64,000 nt of DNA. It comes from Gammaproteobacteria bacterium. Its GTDB lineage: Bacteria > Pseudomonadota > Gammaproteobacteria > Ga0077536. Position numbers and translations under genes: made by a program. Below, in pieces: positions 58,665-64,000 of the stretch. Each line of letters starts with the position of its first letter. Position 1 is the stretch's first letter. The stretch is taken from contig OZ244981.1 of NCBI GenBank assembly GCA_965223085.1, positions 4,550,559 through 4,614,558 of the forward strand. The letters run 5' to 3'. The notes beneath the pieces were generated by a model that saw only the letters and a program-made list of their open reading frames with translations, was not told the DNA's origin and searched no databases.

Positions 58665-59366
58665 GTGAGAAAAGAACAGCGTCTAGCTTTGGCGCGAGGG
58701 CTGGTGATCGCGCTCGAGACGGGGCGCGAAGCCGATGCGGAGCGTCTCGCGGCGGCGTTGACGGGTGGCTCGGTGCCTCAAATGATGGCTGAAGAGCTGG
58801 TGGCGATCGCGCGTGAATTGCACGATGGTTTTGGCGGATTGATCGCGGACCAACGTTTATGCGAAATGGCACAAGACGGCATGCCCGATACTCGCGAACG
58901 GCTTGCGTACGTGATTGAGAAAACGGAAGAGGCGGCGCATAGAACACTCGCCGCAGTCGAACGCATGACGCCGGTCGTAGATGAGATCGTGGCGGGAGCC
59001 GATCTCATCGATACCATGGTGGCGAGGAACACCGACGCGCGCCAATTCAAAGGCACGGCCGTGCGCCAACAGTTAACTGATTTCGCTACCGATGTGCGTA
59101 CCCAAAGCGCAACTTTGCGCGGCGGTTTATCGGAAGTCTTGATGGCCCAAGAATACCAGGATCTCGTTGGCCAAGTCGTGAAACGTACGATCGGATTGGT
59201 CTCTCAAATCGAGGATAAATTGTGTAGCTTGATCCCCGCCGATTATGCTCGCGATGTCGAAGCTACGGATCCCACTGTGGCCGAGGGGCCGGCGATTAGG
59301 CGCGCCCCACAAGTCGTCAACGAACAGGCTGACGTCGATGCCCTGCTGGCGGATTTAGGCGTATAG
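58665..59366 (+). CDS. cheZ: CheY-P phosphatase CheZ
   Basis: ERLAYVI.KTE.AA, AQEYQDLVGQV, VDALLADLGV. Confidence 0.93.
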   Translation: MRKEQRLALARGLVIALETGREADAERLAAALTGGSVPQMMAEELVAIARELHDGFGGLIADQRLCEMAQDGMPDTRERLAYVIEKTEEAAHRTLAAVERMTPVVDEIVAGADLIDTMVARNTDARQFKGTAVRQQLTDFATDVRTQSATLRGGLSEVLMAQEYQDLVGQVVKRTIGLVSQIEDKLCSLIPADYARDVEATDPTVAEGPAIRRAPQVVNEQADVDALLADLGV

Positions 59367-59517
59367 AACCACGGACGGCGCGCGGAAGTGCCGGCTGACG
59401 GGCACTGCGAGATAGGCGCTGCCGGCGCGACCCCTCGCACCTTAAGTGCGCTGTCTGTAGCGATGTCCTCACCTGCCGTGCTCCGGCGCATCGACGTCTC
59501 TGACCACAAGTTGGTAC

Positions 59518-59544
59518 TAAGCAATTTATCACCTCGGCCGATAG
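59518..59544 (+). promoter_or_regulatory. sigma28 promoter upstream of cheA
   Basis: TAAG-N15-GCCGATAG in the 300-bp cheZ-cheA gap. Confidence 0.65.
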
Positions 59545-59665
59545 ATCGTATAGCTGAAGCCGACCACGACACGGTGTTTCAAGTGGTCAATTCGCGATTC
59601 CGTAAATATAACTCCGTGCATCAGGTTCGCTTGTGTGGCCGGCACCATGGCGTGAGGACGGGCAG

Positions 59666-61804
59666 TTGGACGACGACATACTGCAAGATTTTTTAATTGA
59701 AGCCCAGGAGATCCTCGATCAGCTGGATACACAGCTAATCGATCTTGAGCATGCGCCCGAGGATCACGATCTGCTCAATGCCGTATTCCGCGGCTTCCAC
59801 ACCATCAAAGGCGGCGCGGGGTTTTTAAGCCTTGAAGCTTTAGTAGAAGTCGCGCACAAGGCGGAAGATGTCTTCGATCTGATGCGCAACGGTCAGGCGC
59901 AGTTGACACCCGCAGTAATGGATCTCTTTTTGCGTGTACTCGATGTCCTGCGGGGGCAATTCGAAGAACTAAATGCGGGCAGTGAGCCCGGTACCGCACC
60001 TCCGGATCTCATCGCCGCGCTGAAAGCGATCGTCACCGGCGATGTTGCGCCAAGCACCGAGGAAGACACGGCGAGCGCAGCGTCGGATGGCGAATTTGAC
60101 GAAGTTGTCGCGCAAATGGTGGATGAGGACGAGCCCGGTGCTAGCAACGCGACTGAGGGCGTCGCGACAGAAGCTGCCGATCCGGACTTAATCACCGATG
60201 ATGAGTTCGATGCATTGCTCGACAAATTGCACAAGGATGACAAAGCGCCGGCAACAGCGTTGCCACCGAGTTCCGAATCGGACGAGATAACGGACGATGA
60301 ATTCGACGCCTTGTTGGATAAATTGCAGGCCGGCAAAGCGTCATCGCAAACGGATGAAGCGGTAGCCGCGAACGCCGGCGGCGATGAAATCGGCGAGGAT
60401 GAATTCGAGGATCTGCTCGATAACCTGCACGGCACAGGGCAGTTCAAGCGGGAGCAAAAAGCGGCCGCGCAATCTGATGCCGACGAACAGGCGACAACGC
60501 CCGTGGCATCTGAGGCGCCGGCGGCGGCACCCACAGCGGAAGTGGCGAATGCAGAACACCCTAAGGCCGCGCCACCCGCTAAGAAACCCGCTGCGGCGAA
60601 AGGTGCGGATACGGCTGACGGCGCTAAGCCCCAAGCGAATAAAGAAACCACCGTACGGGTTGAGACCGAAATCCTCGATCGCATTATGAACATGGTTGGT
60701 GAGCTGGTCCTGATCAGGAATCGGCTGAGCAACTTGCAAGCCGAAGTAGAGCATCCAGACGTCAATCAAACGATCTCAAATCTCGATGTCGTGACCAGCG
60801 ATTTGCAAATGGCGGCGATGAAAACACGCATGCAGCCGATCAAAAAGGTTTTCGGACGTTTTCCTCGTGTGATACGCGATCTGGCGCGCAACTTGAAAAA
60901 AGAGATCAAGTTGGAGATGTCGGGTGAGGACACCGATCTCGATAAAAACCTCGTCGAAGCGCTGGCGGATCCGCTCGTCCACCTAGTGCGCAACGCCGTC
61001 GATCATGGCATCGAAGATCCGGATACTCGCGCGGCTGCAGATAAACCACGCGCTGGCACGGTGTATTTATCTGCCGAGCAGAGCGGCGATCAGATATTGC
61101 TCATAATCAAAGACGACGGTAAGGGCATGGATGCCGAATCCTTGCGAACCAAAGTCGTCGAGAAGGGCTTGATAGATATAGACGCCGCCGGTCGCTTAAG
61201 CGAACGCGAGTGCTATGAATTGATTTTTTTGCCGGGGTTTTCGACCAAAGAACAAATATCCGATGTCTCCGGTCGTGGCGTTGGCATGGATGTCGTGAAA
61301 ACCCGTATAACGCAACTCAACGGGTCCATAGAAATCGACTCCGAACTTGGCGTCGGCACCACGATACGCATACGTTTACCACTGACGCTCGCGATCTTGC
61401 CGACCTTGATGGTCGTGCTCGGAAAACAAATATTTGCGTTGCCGCTCGTCAATGTCAAAGAGATCATCGATTTTGAAATCTCACAGTCGCGCGATGTCAA
61501 TGGCAACAAAACCTTGGTCTCGCGCGGCCAAGCATTGCCGTTGTTCTACCTCAGTAGATGGCTCGTCAAAGGGGTTACCGACACTATGGTCGACGCCGGA
61601 CACGTCGTTATCGTTACGGTCGGTAATCAGCAGCTCGCGCTCGTTGTCGATGAATTGATCGGCCAAGAAGAAGTCGTCATCAAACCGTTGGGGGCGATGT
61701 TGGATACCACGAAAGGCTTTGCCGGCGCGACCATTACCGGTAATGGGCGGATTGCGTTGATCATTGATCTACCTGAACTGATCGACGCCTACGCTCGCTT
61801 CTAA
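59666..61804 (+). CDS. cheA: Chemotaxis histidine kinase CheA
   Basis: FRGFHTIKG (HPt), HLVRNAVDHGIE, DDGKG, SGRGVGMDVV, CheW-like domain. Start placed at TTG 59666 after GAGGA. Confidence 0.96.
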   Translation: MDDDILQDFLIEAQEILDQLDTQLIDLEHAPEDHDLLNAVFRGFHTIKGGAGFLSLEALVEVAHKAEDVFDLMRNGQAQLTPAVMDLFLRVLDVLRGQFEELNAGSEPGTAPPDLIAALKAIVTGDVAPSTEEDTASAASDGEFDEVVAQMVDEDEPGASNATEGVATEAADPDLITDDEFDALLDKLHKDDKAPATALPPSSESDEITDDEFDALLDKLQAGKASSQTDEAVAANAGGDEIGEDEFEDLLDNLHGTGQFKREQKAAAQSDADEQATTPVASEAPAAAPTAEVANAEHPKAAPPAKKPAAAKGADTADGAKPQANKETTVRVETEILDRIMNMVGELVLIRNRLSNLQAEVEHPDVNQTISNLDVVTSDLQMAAMKTRMQPIKKVFGRFPRVIRDLARNLKKEIKLEMSGEDTDLDKNLVEALADPLVHLVRNAVDHGIEDPDTRAAADKPRAGTVYLSAEQSGDQILLIIKDDGKGMDAESLRTKVVEKGLIDIDAAGRLSERECYELIFLPGFSTKEQISDVSGRGVGMDVVKTRITQLNGSIEIDSELGVGTTIRIRLPLTLAILPTLMVVLGKQIFALPLVNVKEIIDFEISQSRDVNGNKTLVSRGQALPLFYLSRWLVKGVTDTMVDAGHVVIVTVGNQQLALVVDELIGQEEVVIKPLGAMLDTTKGFAGATITGNGRIALIIDLPELIDAYARF

Positions 61805-61851
61805 ACCGTAGCATTGAGACTGCGGGGAGGGGCCAAGCAGTTGCGCACGAT

Positions 61852-62592
61852 ATGGACAGCTTAACGGTTCTTGGTATCGCGATCGGGTTTGCGGCGGTCG
61901 TTCTCGGCCAGCACCTTGAAGGCGGGCATCTTGGTATGCTGATCAACGGTCCCGCGCTTGTGATCGTGGGGGGCGGTACACTCGGCGCGACGATGGTGCA
62001 ATCTCCGTGGCCGGTGTTTGTGCGCGCGCTTCAGATGCTGGCCTGGGTTATCATCCCGCCCTTTAAACGCTACCACGACGCGCTCGATGACATCGTCAGT
62101 TGGTGTCGGGTTGCGCGTCGTGATGGTTTGCTGGGGCTGGAAAAGTCGGTTACGACTATCACCTATCCTTATGCGCGCAAAGCGCTGCAAATGCTCGTCG
62201 ATGGTGAAGAGCCCGGCGTCATTCGCGATACGCTCGAGCTCGATAGCTATGCGCGGGAACAACGGGACTTGCAGGCCGCGCGTGTCATCGATGGTATGGG
62301 GGGCTATGCGCCGACGCTGGGCATACTCGGTGCCATCATCGGTCTGATTCACGTGATGCATAATTTGACCGATCCCAGTATGTTGGGCGAAGGGATCGGC
62401 GTTGCCTTTGTCGCAACGATCTATGGCGTCGGTTTCGCGAACCTCGTATTCATTCCGATCGCCAATAAGCTAAAGGCTTATATCCGCGATGAGACGCGGC
62501 TCCAAGAATTGATTAAGGCCGGCGTGGTCGCGATCGCGGAAGGTGACAATCCCCGCGCGATCGAAGCGCGCTTGCAAAGTCTCAGCTCATGA
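61852..62592 (+). CDS. motC: Stator A subunit, MotC/MotA/PomA type
   Basis: ARRDGLLGLE, APTLGILGAIIGL, AFVATIYGV. Confidence 0.93.
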   Translation: MDSLTVLGIAIGFAAVVLGQHLEGGHLGMLINGPALVIVGGGTLGATMVQSPWPVFVRALQMLAWVIIPPFKRYHDALDDIVSWCRVARRDGLLGLEKSVTTITYPYARKALQMLVDGEEPGVIRDTLELDSYAREQRDLQAARVIDGMGGYAPTLGILGAIIGLIHVMHNLTDPSMLGEGIGVAFVATIYGVGFANLVFIPIANKLKAYIRDETRLQELIKAGVVAIAEGDNPRAIEARLQSLSS

Positions 62593-63317
62593 AAGGCGCG
62601 CGCTCTCCTTACTTTCAACCGGGCGATGATGAAGACGCACGACACGATCGCTGGATAATATCGTACGCAGATTTCGTGACCTTGCTGTTTGCGTTTTTTG
62701 TGGTGCTCTATGCTTCGTCGTCTATCCATAACGGCAAACTGCGGGTCCTGGCCGACTCGCTCCTCAACGCATTCAATCGGGGTGAGGCCACGCTCGTGGT
62801 CACCGAGACCGGATCGGATCAGGTCACAGCCCCGACTAGCGGTGGCCGCAACCTTCAGACTTTAGAAAGCATCGCCTTGGCGGGCTTATCCGCCGACGAC
62901 CTCATGACCCCGGTGCACCCACTACCCAATGCACTCACCGCCTCCGGCGACCCGGCGCTTGCGGCGCGTGAGATTTTTGGCCGCGCGATCGAACGCGAGG
63001 AAATCATCGTCAGTGAAGACGAACGATGGTTGCAGTTGACTTTAGGAACAGTGACAAGCGTGCGCACAGATGACCGATCTTTGGCGCAGGGTTTTGTACG
63101 TGACCTTGGCGCACTCGTGCAAGTGTTAGAGCAGCAAGCACACACGACAACGGCGCCGACCTACGTAAAATTGAGCGTTGCGGTAGGCAAACCAGGCCTC
63201 ACGCCGCAAGGAAGCACCGCCGCAACGGCGGCGACCAGCGCTGACGAAAATCCGGCACAAGAATTGCAGCTTCAGCGTGATACCCAGCTTCCACCATCCG
63301 CAGGGCTTGGCCGATGA
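62589..63317 (+). CDS. motD: Stator B subunit, MotD/MotB type, with degenerate C-terminal domain
   Basis: RWIISYADFVTLLFAFFVVLYA TM with the conserved Asp. No GHTD, NWELS or RRV motif in any frame read by eye. Confidence 0.85.
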   Translation: MKGARSPYFQPGDDEDARHDRWIISYADFVTLLFAFFVVLYASSSIHNGKLRVLADSLLNAFNRGEATLVVTETGSDQVTAPTSGGRNLQTLESIALAGLSADDLMTPVHPLPNALTASGDPALAAREIFGRAIEREEIIVSEDERWLQLTLGTVTSVRTDDRSLAQGFVRDLGALVQVLEQQAHTTTAPTYVKLSVAVGKPGLTPQGSTAATAATSADENPAQELQLQRDTQLPPSAGLGR

Positions 63318-64000
63318 AAATTTGGACAGTTGCAGCGCAGAAAGGCGGGGTCGGCAAAACGACGACCGTTGTGAGCATCGCAGGCTCACTCGTGCAGGAC
63401 GGTGCGCGCGTGCTCGTAGTCGATCTTGATCCTCACGGTTCTTTGACTAGCTACTTTCGCTTGGATCCCGATACCGTCGAACCCAGCATTTACTCCGTGT
63501 TTGAGGCGGTCAGCGATGAGCGCGCACTGGCAGTCGACGGCGTCGTGCGGAGCACCGCGGTGCCAGGCATCGCGATCCTCCCGAGTTCTGCAGCCCTGGT
63601 GTCGTTAGAACGGCGCTTTGGGCAGCGACAAGGTATGGGCTTGGTGCTGCAACGCGCCTTGGCGCAGTGCGCCGAGACGTTTGATTACTGCATTATCGAC
63701 TGCCCACCGACACTGGGGGTGCTCGTTATTAACGCTTTGGTCTGTTGCGAACTACTGATCGCACCGGTGCAAACAGAATTTCTGGCTGCGCAGTCGCTGG
63801 ATCGCCTCATGAATACTTTGCGGTTGGTGCAAAACTCACGCGGCGTGGACTTGCCGCATCTGGTGGTGCCGACGATGTTCGATCGTCGCACCCGCGCTTC
63901 GCAGGACACCCTTGCCGGCTTGCGCGGTCGGCACGATTTTCGTCTCTGGGACGACATCATTCCCGTCGATACCCAATTCCGCGAAGCCAGTCGCATCGGT
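63314..64000 (+). CDS. ParA/ParC-family ATPase (chemotaxis-array positioning), runs off the window end
   Basis: Hand translation [53 protein letters not shown] overlap with motD. Absent from the ORF track because there is no stop in the window. Confidence 0.9.
   Translation, partial: MKIWTVAAQKGGVGKTTTVVSIAGSLVQDGARVLVVDLDPHGSLTSYFRLDPDTVEPSIYSVFEAVSDERALAVDGVVRSTAVPGIAILPSSAALVSLERRFGQRQGMGLVLQRALAQCAETFDYCIIDCPPTLGVLVINALVCCELLIAPVQTEFLAAQSLDRLMNTLRLVQNSRGVDLPHLVVPTMFDRRTRASQDTLAGLRGRHDFRLWDDIIPVDTQFREASRIG

Noticed and set aside
59388-59696. 102-aa ORF in the cheZ-cheA gap
   Set aside because: No RBS or motif, and it overlaps a sigma28 promoter and the cheA start.

Overview
The window has three parts. 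(1) 1-4.2 kb: a GC-rich hydantoinase/oxoprolinase A+B pair converging on a partial cupin-like gene. (2) 4.5-14.3 kb: an accessory region. A decayed island sits at the 3' end of tRNA-Ala(CGC). It holds a truncated CHC2-primase, a frameshifted XRE regulator, a DUF433/DUF5615 toxin-antitoxin pair, an IS3 stub and one large intact low-GC P-loop ATPase (Sll1717/FunZ-like). It is followed by an arsS/TIGR04283/TIGR04282 arsenosugar-type cluster split by a complete but inactivated IS66 with an 8-bp target duplication. (3) 14.3-64 kb: an almost complete Pseudomonas/Vibrio-style polar flagellum and chemotaxis supercluster (ycgR to parA) with readable sigma54 and sigma28 promoters and FleQ, FleR and IHF-like sites. 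Its oddities: cheR and cheB are both missing from their usual slots, the MotD-type stator lacks a recognisable peptidoglycan-binding motif, and two metabolic enzymes (a TPP enzyme and a UDP-glucuronate decarboxylase) are embedded among flagellar genes. No CRISPR array, rRNA or reverse transcriptase was seen. Family assignments come from motif recognition by eye, not database searches, and GC statements are visual estimates.
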